A stretch of DNA of 64,000 nucleotides from a virus (Duplodnaviria > Caudoviricetes), in the IMG/VR virus record IMGVR_UViG_3300039452_000187, positions 33,555 to 97,554 of that record, one strand, 5' to 3'. A program made the translations under genes and the position numbers. Within the stretch, counting starts at the first letter, position 1. Each line of letters opens with the position of its first letter. Positions 1 to 9,440 of the stretch are shown one piece after another. The notes below the pieces were generated by a model. That model had not been told where the DNA came from. It searched no databases and was given only the letters and a program-made list of their open reading frames with translations.

Positions 1-64
1 GTTGCGACCTTTCCGGCCGTTACTCGGCACCGGGTTGACTCCCATCAGCACCCAATTCTGACAG

Positions 65-460
65 TCATTGCAGACCCGGCCGCGATAGCTCGGGATGAGC
101 CGGTCCGGCGGTTGCGGGGTGGACTGGATGAGACAGACCTGGCTCAGGTTCAGTTGGCTGGTGTCCATGCGACGTTGGTGGCTCCGGTAAAGGTTCCTGC
201 GGCTGCGCTGGGTGGTTGGTTTGCTGCTTCGTTCTCGCTGATTCGTACAGCGGACAGTCCCGGCAATACTGCACTGTGATCTCGTGGCCCGGCCCGCCGG
301 GGTGCGTGCAGCGGAAGAGGAGCAGCTGCACCGCGAGCGAGCCTCAGCCACCGCTTCGGCCGGTCCTGCTACCACAGGCCGCACTGGCAGCTCGCTTGGG
401 CTGGCCGCTCGGCAGTCGCACCGTGGGGCCGTGGTGGCGGCAGTCCTGTTTATGCTTCAT
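65..460 (-). CDS. Small Cys-rich protein interrupted by an in-frame TGA (346-344); possible readthrough/selenoprotein or pseudogene
   Basis: ATG at 460, 1 nt after the upstream stop; MKHKQDCRHHG...RSGG*GSLAVQLLLFRCTHP...YCRDCPLY continues in frame into the 65..331 ORF. Confidence 0.45.
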
Positions 461-461
461 G

Positions 462-1688
462 TCAGGCAACCTTTACTGTGCCACCAGCTTTCCGCTTGAC
501 GATGATGTCTTGCGGTCCGCCATCGGGCAGGCTAAAAGGGTTACTCATGACCACCTGGTTGTACGGATCAAGCAGCTGTCCACCCTTGTAGATCGTGCCA
601 TTGGTAAAGGTCACGGTCCCCATCGCCTGACTGCAATCCACCTGCCCCGTTGGCCCGATGATCGTGGTCGCATGGGTACTGGCGGTTCTCGTCACCGCCG
701 TGCCGCTCCAGCAGTTCATGGTCGTCCAGACGCCGGCCGCCTGGGTATAGACGCCGCCATTGACAGTGACCGTGGTCACATTGCTGTTGACCGTGACCTT
801 GCCGCCGTTGACAGTGACCGTGGTCAGCGTCGCGCCGGCGCCACAGCGGAGGAGCGTGCCGTTACCGCCATTGACCGTGATGACGGGCACGGTGGCCGTC
901 TCGCCCGAAAAGGACGCGATGGCAACGCTGCCGCTAGCGAGGTTGAAGACGTTGCTCGCGTGCGCTCCCAGGTAGAGGAAGGATTCAATGCCCGGCTCGA
1001 CGGTCGTGCCCATGCCATAGACCGTGACGGTGGCCGCATTCGTGCCGGTGTTGAGCTTGATCCGGCCACTGCCGGCACCCGAACCGGCGCCGATATTGAC
1101 CGTCGTTGCGGAAATCTTCAGGTACGTGGACCGGTCTTCCACGTAAGCGCCGCTGACGTTAATCCGGGGTAGCCCAATCGTGCCGCTGAAGGTGTAGGGG
1201 ATGGTCAGGCTGTTGAGCGTGAGCGTGTGCTGGTCGATGCCATAGAGGATCGACTGGCTCGTGTTCTCGACCCACACATCGTCGCCGCCGGCCGGCAGGA
1301 CGCCCGTGTCCCAATTAACCGCCGTGGCCCAATCGTTAGGCCCCGAGTAAGTGGTCGTCACCGAAAAGGTGCCGATCGTGCCGGCACCGCCCGAGACGCT
1401 GGAACTGAAGAGGGCTGCGGTGGGTAACCCGGCGGTCTTGCTCGTCGCCGTGATCGTGGAACTGTTGACGGTCCAGGTGACCTCCAAGAATTCAGGGATC
1501 GCACTGGCGGCGAGCAATGCTTGCAAGGCCGTGGCCGTCGTCGCCGTCGTGCCGCCGGTGCCCACGGTGCTGACCGTCTTGCCGTTGCGCGTGATCTTGT
1601 AGGTCGTGGTCGCGTCGTAGGCGGTCAGCGTCACCGTCGCCACGTCGGCCACGGCAGGAGCGCCGCCGATCCAGTTGACTCGTCCCAT
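462..1688 (-). CDS. Thr/Gly-rich beta-structured virion (tail-associated) protein
   Basis: 408 aa; GGAG RBS; TVTVNGG repeats; position in tail module. Confidence 0.7.
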   Translation of the reverse strand: MGRVNWIGGAPAVADVATVTLTAYDATTTYKITRNGKTVSTVGTGGTTATTATALQALLAASAIPEFLEVTWTVNSSTITATSKTAGLPTAALFSSSVSGGAGTIGTFSVTTTYSGPNDWATAVNWDTGVLPAGGDDVWVENTSQSILYGIDQHTLTLNSLTIPYTFSGTIGLPRINVSGAYVEDRSTYLKISATTVNIGAGSGAGSGRIKLNTGTNAATVTVYGMGTTVEPGIESFLYLGAHASNVFNLASGSVAIASFSGETATVPVITVNGGNGTLLRCGAGATLTTVTVNGGKVTVNSNVTTVTVNGGVYTQAAGVWTTMNCWSGTAVTRTASTHATTIIGPTGQVDCSQAMGTVTFTNGTIYKGGQLLDPYNQVVMSNPFSLPDGGPQDIIVKRKAGGTVKVA

Positions 1689-1711
1689 GTGTCAATCTCC
1701 CGAAAAAGAAA

Positions 1712-2221
1712 TCAGCCGCCGCAGCCGCCGCAGCCGCCGCAACCGCCGCACGGCGTTCCCACGTAGCCACCCGCATAATTCCACCGAGGCTGGTTGAGTG
1801 GACACATCTGCGTCGCACAATCTAACTTGCCCATTGGTCTGGGAGGGAGCAGTCCCGCTTCGAGGTAGCAACCACACCGCTTGCACGAGTCTGTCTCCGG
1901 GTCGCGGTCGGGACACTGGTTGCACTGTTGTCGCCGAAACGCCTTCTCCTCCGGTAGAGGTCCACGATTGCCCGCCGCCCGCCATTTTGTCTCGGCCGCG
2001 ATCGCCCGCACGAACCGCCCCACCAGTTCGGCCGCGGTCCATTGTCGCGGCGGTGGAGGCTCGCGCATGGGCGTCGTGTCCTCGTCAAAGGCCCGGCGAT
2101 ACCTTTCATCCGTGTGGTACAGGTGACAGGTCCAGCAGTGTGTTGTCACGTCAAACGGCTGTCCTTCCCCCCAGCGGTGGCAGGGTGTACCGCTCGGACC
2201 TTTGGTGCAGGGAATAGTCAT
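1712..2221 (-). CDS. Cys-rich protein with DUF6171-like zinc-binding domain and (CGG)4 C-terminal tail
   Basis: RRQQCNQCP...CKRCGCYL...KL...CPL..RW; ATGA overlap with the upstream gene at 2218-2221. Confidence 0.6.
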   Translation of the reverse strand: MTIPCTKGPSGTPCHRWGEGQPFDVTTHCWTCHLYHTDERYRRAFDEDTTPMREPPPPRQWTAAELVGRFVRAIAAETKWRAAGNRGPLPEEKAFRRQQCNQCPDRDPETDSCKRCGCYLEAGLLPPRPMGKLDCATQMCPLNQPRWNYAGGYVGTPCGGCGGCGGCGG

Positions 2222-2706
2222 GGGCTGGGAAGCAAGGTAATGGTCACGGTCGGATTGTTGGTGCCGGTCCCGAGGACGCAAGGATTATCAAAACTGCAGC
2301 CACAATCACCGGCCAGTTCTAAGACGCACTCGAAGTAGAGGAACAGCGGGTTGCAGTTCTGCCTCGAAGGAGTTTCGGCGGCCTGGTTCTGGTTGACGAA
2401 CAGATACCAGACGTTGCCGACGCAGCCCAGGCCCAGCGAGTATTTTCCCGAGTTGGGACAGGTTAGCCCAATCGGCGCATAGGTGATCCACTGCTGAAAG
2501 GTAGCATTCCAGTTGAGGGCATACTGACCCGCACAACTGCCGGTGATGGTGGCCAGCAATGTCCCTGGCAGCGTTACGCCAGGGCAGCACGCATTTGGAG
2601 GGGGCGGCGGTCCGCCCCCTCCGCAGCAACAGGGGTAGGTAATGGGACCGAGGCGACAGATCAGCGTCACCAGGAGCAGCCAGCCAAGCAGTTCCAGGAG
2701 GCTCAC
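2218..2706 (-). CDS. Cys-rich protein with hydrophobic N-terminus followed by CCC motif
   Basis: GTG start overlaps the TAG of the upstream gene; LLELLGWLLLVTLI...PCCCGGGG. Confidence 0.55.
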   Translation of the reverse strand: MSLLELLGWLLLVTLICRLGPITYPCCCGGGGPPPPPNACCPGVTLPGTLLATITGSCAGQYALNWNATFQQWITYAPIGLTCPNSGKYSLGLGCVGNVWYLFVNQNQAAETPSRQNCNPLFLYFECVLELAGDCGCSFDNPCVLGTGTNNPTVTITLLPSP

Positions 2707-5477
2707 TAGTAACTCCCCGTGGGCAGCATCCCGTCCTGACGCCGGCCGTTCTTGTAGCCACGATAGTCCCAAATGGGTTGGCACTGCTGGTTAAAGCCCT
2801 CAAGAAACTGCTCGTTGCCAGTGATGCCGCCAGCGTCCGCGATAATCGTCCAGTAACCACCCGAGTCGGGAAACCAGATATTCGGGTCGCGCCCCGGCAT
2901 GTACCAAAGCCAGACGCCACAGCCAGGGTAGAGGTAAAACGGCAGGGCGCTGGGCGTGAAAAACGAACCATAGGGCCAGAGCGGATTCACCGGGTCAGCC
3001 CAGTTTTGCAACACGAGCGCGTAATCGGTTGCCGGCTGGTCCTGTGCCTCGCCGCTGTTAATGAGGAGAATGAGCTGGGGACCACTTTCCCCCTCACTGA
3101 TGTCGTCGTCGCCAGCGTCGTTGTCCCAATCCCAATCCCAATTGGGCTGAATCGGCTGGCCGACGGGGATAAAGCCATTAATGGCAGTCAATTGAGTGGC
3201 TTTGATCCTGTAAACCGGGGTGCCGGCACCGTACTTGTTCAGATCCAGATAACCGCCATTGTTCTTGCCGGTGTTGGGGTCGATCCGCCAGCTTGCGTCG
3301 AGGTAAATCTCGGTAAAGCAGGCATAGAGCGGCCCACAAAACGCCTGTGGGTTGGTATAGACCGTGATCGGACCGCCGGGCGCGGCCGCGCCCGGCTGCG
3401 CCGTGGTGCTGATGAGCCGCCACTTGGCATTGCTGCTGCCGCTGCTACAGATGTCATTCCAGAAGGTGGCACTGTCGCCAACGGCAAGGTTCAGCAGCGG
3501 TGCGAACGCGGGCGGCAGGCTAAACATGCTGCCGCCGATCTGGAGCGGCCCCGGACCGGTGTTGATGATCGAGGTCATCTGCGGCCCCAGGGCCGACGGG
3601 TCGAGTTGATCGGGGGCGTTAAAGTTCGCCGGGGTCAAGGTCGAGAGACTGAACGGGCTGGGGGAGGGGGTCGCTGTCAGTGTGACCGGCTTGACGACAT
3701 TAAAGCCGCTGCCGCTGAGGTTGATGAGTTCGCAGCACATGAACAGGTAATCACAGATGAGGAACTGGTTGGCGAAGGCGCGCAACCGGGCTGTGCCAGC
3801 CGCCGGCCGGATCAAGTCCAGCACGAAGGTGGAACGGTCAACCTCAAACGTGGTGACATTCGGAATGGTCAGTGTCGTAGGGTAGACGTCCCGGACGGTA
3901 AGGCTGCCGCCCACGGCCGCCGCAAACTCGTACTCCTGCTTGGGGACTCCCGCATTGTCATAACCGCGCCAGAGCCAGATAATCGTGCCGCTCGAAATGC
4001 CCGTCATTAAATTGAGATCGCGTGCCGGATGAACCGTCGTCGTACCGGACCGGCCGCCGGAGCGATCAGCCGTCGCTCCGTTCCCCGTGAACTCCTGTTC
4101 GACCCAGCTGTACGCGGTGCCGCTAGCCCCGATAATTTTGGCCGGAAACGGGTTCTCCGCGTACCCCGCCGCCGTCCCGGTCAGCTGGTGCTGAAACTCC
4201 GTCACCTCGAAATTCCACGGCTTCCGTTGCACGCGGGTGTAGGCGATGGTGCCGTTGTAATACCACAGCACATCATTAGCCCCTTCGGGCACCCAGGCCC
4301 GAATCCCCGGATAGCTCTGGTCAATCCCGTTCAGTTTGCTGTCCCAGAAATCCTTGGCCAGCTGCACCGCCAGCGCATCCAGGGCCGTTTGATTGACCGG
4401 ACTGGCATCGCCCGCGTTGTTGTACAGCGCCCACGCGGTACAGTGGAACGTCTTGTGCCCGTCCACTCCCTGGTAGTTCGCCGGCCCATAGGTGAGCAAA
4501 TCGACGGGCTTGCCATAGACGTCCCCATACGAGCGCTTGTTCTTGTCCCGGATATCCCGCCCATCGACCATCGGCCCATTGATGACCACTTTGGGGAAGG
4601 TAACCGCTACGGTCGTCGGCAGGACAGCGTTGGCGGCCCGGGCGACATTGTTGGCCGTATCGTCGACCACGAACGCATCGCCGCCGGCCATGCTGAGCGG
4701 TGGATTGGGGCGGTTGCCCGTCGACGCTAAGTCGGCATCGTGGTAGGTCTGCAGCTGGTAGGTCCCATCCAGGTTCCGTACCACCACGCAGCCGATATTG
4801 GCCGCCGCCGCGTCGAGCAGGACGGCCGGGTTTTCGTAGTTGGAGTAGAACGCAGAATCTTCGCCGGGGACGCCGTAGACGCTGGGCACCGGAGAGGGGC
4901 CGGTCAGGGTAATACCCAGAACGTTTGCCAAATCATCCAGCAGGACGTCCCAGGTCATGACATCGTCAGGATGCAACTCCCCCGCGTTCTCCCACTGCCA
5001 ATAGAAGCGTTCGTCCACCAGGACGCACAAGTAGAGCTTGCCGAAGTCGCTGCCGAAGCTCGACAGCGGTTGCGGCGGCAACAGGTACAACTGTGTCTGG
5101 ATGCCACCGTTGCTGGCCGCATCGGCGCCGAAGCCGTCGCCGACGTCGCATTGCAGCGTAAACGTACCAGGTTGGGCCGATTGACCCACCGGAAACGCCG
5201 CGTCCTCCATGGCGATCTTGGCGTCCTCGTGGATGACGCCGACGAACTGACTCCAGCGCGAAGCCCCGGTGGGGTAGAAATACTGGCCCAACCGCACCTC
5301 CGGCGGCGCCGGCAGATAGGGGTAAGCGATATCCGCCAGGTTCTTGCCGGGGTAAGGCGACGCCGGCGGCAAGAGTAAGCGCAGGTCCCCCAGCGGCAGC
5401 CGGGCATCAACCCATTCGAGAAGGTCGGGGGTATCGAGCGGGAACGACTGGTCGTTGAAGCGGATGCGGAAGGCCAT
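2706..5477 (-). CDS. Large tail tip/baseplate or fibre protein (~920 aa)
   Basis: Long ORF in tail module; likely start MAFRIRF. Confidence 0.65.
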   Translation of the reverse strand: MAFRIRFNDQSFPLDTPDLLEWVDARLPLGDLRLLLPPASPYPGKNLADIAYPYLPAPPEVRLGQYFYPTGASRWSQFVGVIHEDAKIAMEDAAFPVGQSAQPGTFTLQCDVGDGFGADAASNGGIQTQLYLLPPQPLSSFGSDFGKLYLCVLVDERFYWQWENAGELHPDDVMTWDVLLDDLANVLGITLTGPSPVPSVYGVPGEDSAFYSNYENPAVLLDAAAANIGCVVVRNLDGTYQLQTYHDADLASTGNRPNPPLSMAGGDAFVVDDTANNVARAANAVLPTTVAVTFPKVVINGPMVDGRDIRDKNKRSYGDVYGKPVDLLTYGPANYQGVDGHKTFHCTAWALYNNAGDASPVNQTALDALAVQLAKDFWDSKLNGIDQSYPGIRAWVPEGANDVLWYYNGTIAYTRVQRKPWNFEVTEFQHQLTGTAAGYAENPFPAKIIGASGTAYSWVEQEFTGNGATADRSGGRSGTTTVHPARDLNLMTGISSGTIIWLWRGYDNAGVPKQEYEFAAAVGGSLTVRDVYPTTLTIPNVTTFEVDRSTFVLDLIRPAAGTARLRAFANQFLICDYLFMCCELINLSGSGFNVVKPVTLTATPSPSPFSLSTLTPANFNAPDQLDPSALGPQMTSIINTGPGPLQIGGSMFSLPPAFAPLLNLAVGDSATFWNDICSSGSSNAKWRLISTTAQPGAAAPGGPITVYTNPQAFCGPLYACFTEIYLDASWRIDPNTGKNNGGYLDLNKYGAGTPVYRIKATQLTAINGFIPVGQPIQPNWDWDWDNDAGDDDISEGESGPQLILLINSGEAQDQPATDYALVLQNWADPVNPLWPYGSFFTPSALPFYLYPGCGVWLWYMPGRDPNIWFPDSGGYWTIIADAGGITGNEQFLEGFNQQCQPIWDYRGYKNGRRQDGMLPTGSY

Positions 5478-5519
5478 GTCACACTCAGACGTAGACTCAG
5501 CCCGAATCAATCGAACCGA

Positions 5520-6038
5520 TCAGGACACCAGGTCCACGAAATACTTGCACTGCCACGTGGATGCCACGCAGCCCCAATTCGGCAGCGCCGGCCGGGGTTT
5601 CACCTGCCAGCCGCCATCACCCGGCCGCATCACGTCCGTCAGGTAATAGTTGCTGTTGCTGTCGGTCGGATCGAACAGGTAAAGCGACTTGAGCACCTTG
5701 CGCAGCGCCTCCAATGCTCCCAGAGTCGCGTCCTTGAGGTACGAATCGGCCCGTCCCGCCTGATCGAGGTAAAGCCGGTTCCACACCACCACGGCCAACT
5801 GCCCGTGGAATTCTGGGGTGTCGAGGCCGCCGCCGGTGATGAGCGGCTGGTCAGGCCGCTGCGGCCCGAGGACCACGGTGAGGTACAGGTCGGTATCCGG
5901 CGGGTTGGTCTGCTGATTTTCGTCGAGAGCGACGTAGACGTAGTTGGGGTCCACGATCTGGTCCGTGGTCCCGAGCTTGGTTCCCACCAGACTCAAGAGG
6001 GTCTCGGGTTTCACCAGCAGGTTGCGTAAGCCCGCCAT
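5520..6038 (-). CDS. Putative tail completion/terminator-like protein
   Basis: 172 aa; size and position; GAGGA RBS. Confidence 0.45.
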   Translation of the reverse strand: MAGLRNLLVKPETLLSLVGTKLGTTDQIVDPNYVYVALDENQQTNPPDTDLYLTVVLGPQRPDQPLITGGGLDTPEFHGQLAVVVWNRLYLDQAGRADSYLKDATLGALEALRKVLKSLYLFDPTDSNSNYYLTDVMRPGDGGWQVKPRPALPNWGCVASTWQCKYFVDLVS

Positions 6039-6063
6039 AATCCATCCTCAATCGCTGCGAGCG

Positions 6064-6999
6064 TTAGACGTAGGTGTAGAAGATCTCGACGCCCGCCGCG
6101 GAGCCTGTGTTGCCTTTTTCGGCGGTCGTCGAGGCAATCGAAATCGCAGTACCAAACGGCACACCTTGATTGGTCACGATCAGGTCTTTGGAGCTATTCG
6201 CCGGGACAAGCAGCTCCCAATCGGGGTTGGTGGTGCCCAGGGTGACGCTGCCCGTCGCGAGGTCAAAGATCTGAATCCAGGCCGCCGCGCCCTGGTTATT
6301 CTCGATATGCAGCGAGTAGAGCGTACCGGCGCTCGCCTTGATCGCCTGGACGCTGCCGAGGTCGCGGAGTTTCCCCTTGGACATACCCGACGCGGCCGCC
6401 CCGGTCGGCACCTGGAAACCGGCCCGCGCGGCCACGTCGAGGGTGGGCATGGTGTTGGTGCCATCCGTGACCGAGACAAAGCCCTTCCGCCCCACGGCGT
6501 CCATCGTGGGGAGCGTGTTCGTTCCATCGGTCACTTTCACAAAAGCCGCCCGGCCAACCGCATCCATCGTCGGCAGCACATTGGTCCCGTCGGTGACCTT
6601 AACGAAGCCGGCCCGACCCACGACGTCCAGGCTCGGCATTTCATTGGCGCCGTTCCAGAGGCTCACGCGTAAATTTGGATGGGCCGTACTTTCGAGTTGG
6701 ACCGGCACCAGCTGACTCCCCGCCGACGCCGCCGGGTCCAGGGCAAACAAGCCGGCCGCCACCCGGAGCGAGGTCACCGCCGTTTCCGACAGGGCCGCAT
6801 TGCAGGCCGCCACCACGATCGAATTAGTGCCGTCGGTGAGAAGCACGAAGCCCTTACGGGCTACGGCGTCCATCGTCGGCATGAAGTTGGTGCCGTCGGT
6901 CAAGCGAATCTGCGGCGCCTGGACGCCGCCGCCGATGTCGGTGGATGCGAAGGTCACCGTGACGGAATTGGCGTCCTTGGCAACGTAGTTATTAGCCAC
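6064..6999 (-). CDS. Virion protein with 21-aa tandem repeats
   Basis: TDGTNx(M/L)PTMDAVGRxGFVxV repeated about 5 times; AGGAG RBS. Confidence 0.7.
   Translation of the reverse strand: MANNYVAKDANSVTVTFASTDIGGGVQAPQIRLTDGTNFMPTMDAVARKGFVLLTDGTNSIVVAACNAALSETAVTSLRVAAGLFALDPAASAGSQLVPVQLESTAHPNLRVSLWNGANEMPSLDVVGRAGFVKVTDGTNVLPTMDAVGRAAFVKVTDGTNTLPTMDAVGRKGFVSVTDGTNTMPTLDVAARAGFQVPTGAAASGMSKGKLRDLGSVQAIKASAGTLYSLHIENNQGAAAWIQIFDLATGSVTLGTTNPDWELLVPANSSKDLIVTNQGVPFGTAISIASTTAEKGNTGSAAGVEIFYTYV
6415..6660 (-). repeat. 63-bp (21-aa) coding tandem repeat, 4 adjacent copies plus one further copy near 6845-6905
   Basis: Visible in translation. Confidence 0.8.
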
Positions 7000-7023
7000 T
7001 TATTGCATCTCCTGAAAAACCTG

Positions 7024-8460
7024 TCACGGTCGACCGGGCAGGTACATCGAATTCGCCGCCAGCGAGAAATCGAGCGCCGGCCCCGCGGCGGTTATCAGCG
7101 TGTCGGGAATCGTCGGGGACAGACTGGACGGCAGCAGCAGTTCATTCGCCATCATCGGGAACCAGCGGGCGAAGAGCGTCTGAAACGTCGCGTTGAACGC
7201 GGAGCCGCCCCGGTCATTGGTGGTCGTGATGGTAAATTGGTCGTTCAAGAGGAACGGCGTGCTACCGCTGAAGGAGGCCAGAAACGGACCGCCGTTATAC
7301 AGCTTGCTTGCCGCCCCAAACGCCAGATGATCGATGTAGAGGTTGCGGCCGTTCGACAGGGCGCCCGAGAGCCGCAGCCGGAGATTCTGCACCGCTGGTA
7401 GCAGGTTCGGAGTCCGAAAGACGCCACTGTAGTTGGTCCAGCTGCCGCTGACCTGGCTCAGGGTGACACTGAACGAGTTCTGCACCCCCTGCTGGTCCGC
7501 GATGACATTGCCGTTGCCGTCGATCAAATCGACCGTGAGTACCCCGGCGCCGGGCACCACGTCCACGGTGAGCCAGAGCGACAGCGCGTACACCGTCGCC
7601 GGCTGCAGCTTGCCGGCGGTCCCGGTGCTCGCATTATTGAACTGCTGCGTCAACGCAGTCTTGGTGCTGCCGTCGCCCACCAGGTTCAGCGAACCGATTC
7701 CGGTAAAGACCGGCGCCGTCCCTTGTTTGACTTGACTGCCGGCCGTGCCGGTGGCAATCGTCCAGTTGTTGGGAGTGTTGCTGGTCCAGGTCTCGAAATC
7801 GGAGTTGGTGAGCAGATTGCCGGTCGCATTGTTGCGGGTGGCGTCGATGGCCGCCAGCGGAGCAGCCGAGCCGGAGCCCGCCGGCCAATCCGGCGAAAAG
7901 GCGTTCGCCTGGGAAGCTGTCCCGGCGAACCGAAACGATTCGTTGCCCGCCGAGCGGTTACCGCTCTGACTATCCGCCACACAGGTCAGGATCGCACTTT
8001 CAGCGTAGAGGTTCTCCTGGCTTAAGCCGTCGCCGCGTTTGGTCGACCCGACGACGACGCCGTTGCCCGTGTTGCCGCTCGTTGCCTGCGCGGTCAGACC
8101 CACGAGGCACTGCTGCACCGTGGCCCCCTGGGCCTGCATGGCGGCAATGACCGCTTCGAGGGCCTGCACCTGATCCGTCCGGGAGGGTTGCGGCGTGGCC
8201 GCGTTGACCATCGTAAGCAGGGTGGCTTGGGCCAGCGCCTGAAGACTCGCCGCAATGGTGCCGATCGCGGTCTGGCCGCCCGCCACCGAGGTCGCGAAGT
8301 TGGCCGGCACGAGCGGGTTGGCCGTGAACTGCTGCAGGATATTGAGAACGTCGGAACGATAGTTGGCCTTCTGAAACAGGTTAACGTCGCGCAGCATCCG
8401 GCCCAGCAGCCCGAGCCGCTGAAAGAGGGATTGGTCGCCGGTGAGAGGGAGCAGACCCAT
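7024..8460 (-). CDS. Virion protein with carbohydrate-binding-like jelly-roll domain
   Basis: NLLTNSDFETW...PNNW and YIDHL motifs, typical of CBM4/9-like domains. Confidence 0.65.
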   Translation of the reverse strand: MGLLPLTGDQSLFQRLGLLGRMLRDVNLFQKANYRSDVLNILQQFTANPLVPANFATSVAGGQTAIGTIAASLQALAQATLLTMVNAATPQPSRTDQVQALEAVIAAMQAQGATVQQCLVGLTAQATSGNTGNGVVVGSTKRGDGLSQENLYAESAILTCVADSQSGNRSAGNESFRFAGTASQANAFSPDWPAGSGSAAPLAAIDATRNNATGNLLTNSDFETWTSNTPNNWTIATGTAGSQVKQGTAPVFTGIGSLNLVGDGSTKTALTQQFNNASTGTAGKLQPATVYALSLWLTVDVVPGAGVLTVDLIDGNGNVIADQQGVQNSFSVTLSQVSGSWTNYSGVFRTPNLLPAVQNLRLRLSGALSNGRNLYIDHLAFGAASKLYNGGPFLASFSGSTPFLLNDQFTITTTNDRGGSAFNATFQTLFARWFPMMANELLLPSSLSPTIPDTLITAAGPALDFSLAANSMYLPGRP

Positions 8461-8504
8461 AGGGGCGAGTATGCCGCCTCTGTGTCAGGAGAGAGAAAAT
8501 GCGA
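8461..8504 (-). promoter_or_regulatory. Putative leaderless promoter, shared motif with 20203-20246 and 40718-40754
   Basis: Minus strand: T-tract...CTGACAC...CATACT-CGCCCCT-ATG. Confidence 0.4.
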
Positions 8505-8636
8505 CGGCGCAATAATCGGCGGCACTGACTCTTGCGACGGTTCACCGGACCAGGCCGGCGCTTTTGGCTTGACCGGGAGCCGCGCGGCGCTGAGAATCAT
8601 CCTTGGAGGGGAAGGGTCCGACAAGGAGTAGGGTCC

Positions 8637-9440
8637 ATGTCCATGCCTCTGTTCCGCTTTGCCTGTCCGGCCTGTCAAAAGATCCTCAAGACCAGCCCGA
8701 CGAACGCCGGTCGCAAGTCGCACTGTCCACGGTGCGGCCAACGGCTCCAGGTCCCGGCCCCGCCGGCGCAGCGCAAACGGACGATGCTGGGGCGACTGCT
8801 GCCCGACCGGCCGGTGACCGCACAGGCCAGCGCAGCATCAACCATCACGGAGATTGATCCGGGGCATAACGTCGCTGTGGCTTTGCCCCCCGCAGCAGTC
8901 CATGACACCGAAGTGATTCAGGTCAGTGAAGACGCAGGCCGCTCGAGGATTTTGCCCCCGCTACTCATCACGGTGAGTTGTGCCAGCATGGTTGCTGTGG
9001 CTGGCTGGTGGCTGCTCTCCGACCGGCCACAGCGATCCGGTACCCGGGCCGCTCCGGCGACTCCCGCCGCTGTGAAGGCCGAAGCGTGGACTGAACTGGA
9101 AATGATGCGATATCTGCACGACCACGAAATTCCGTTTCATTTCGTGGCCCACGAGTCGGACCGCACCACGTGGGTGCTGTATCAAAGCGATTCGTATTTT
9201 GAGCGGAATATCCAGGTGGGCCATGAAATGCTGCGGACCTACGGGCCGCGCAGTGCTCCGTGGAATGATGGCGTGGTCATCATGCAGGTATGCCCATCCG
9301 CCGCCGAAGCCAAGAGGCTGCTGGCACTCATGGAGCAGAACGGCCTGAAGGGCGACAATGAATTCGCCTGGAACCGCTTTCTCTTTGTCGGCAGCCGGCC
9401 CTTCATTGCCCAGATTCGCGGCGCCCTCGTCCAGCCTTAG
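8637..9440 (+). CDS. Zinc-ribbon plus single-TM membrane protein (Planctomycete type); accessory (moron) gene
   Basis: FACPACQKILK...CPRCGQRLQVP; TM LLITVSCASMVAVAGWWLL; AAGGAG RBS; opposite strand to the operon. Confidence 0.75.
   Translation: MSMPLFRFACPACQKILKTSPTNAGRKSHCPRCGQRLQVPAPPAQRKRTMLGRLLPDRPVTAQASAASTITEIDPGHNVAVALPPAAVHDTEVIQVSEDAGRSRILPPLLITVSCASMVAVAGWWLLSDRPQRSGTRAAPATPAAVKAEAWTELEMMRYLHDHEIPFHFVAHESDRTTWVLYQSDSYFERNIQVGHEMLRTYGPRSAPWNDGVVIMQVCPSAAEAKRLLALMEQNGLKGDNEFAWNRFLFVGSRPFIAQIRGALVQP

Noticed and set aside
1712-1714. TGA directly after (TGC GGC GGC)-type repeats as a second Sec codon
   Set aside because: Readthrough would run out of frame into the next gene's RBS and start; no SECIS-like stem seen; an ordinary stop is simpler
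7605-7619. 15-nt exact match (GCAGCTTGCCGGCGG) between spacer 41287-41321 and a tail gene, suggesting self-targeting
   Set aside because: Covers guide positions 11-25 only, outside the PAM-proximal seed; flanks mismatch; plausible by chance in GC-rich DNA
462-8460. Diversity-generating retroelement acting on tail genes
   Set aside because: No reverse transcriptase and no TR/VR pair noticed
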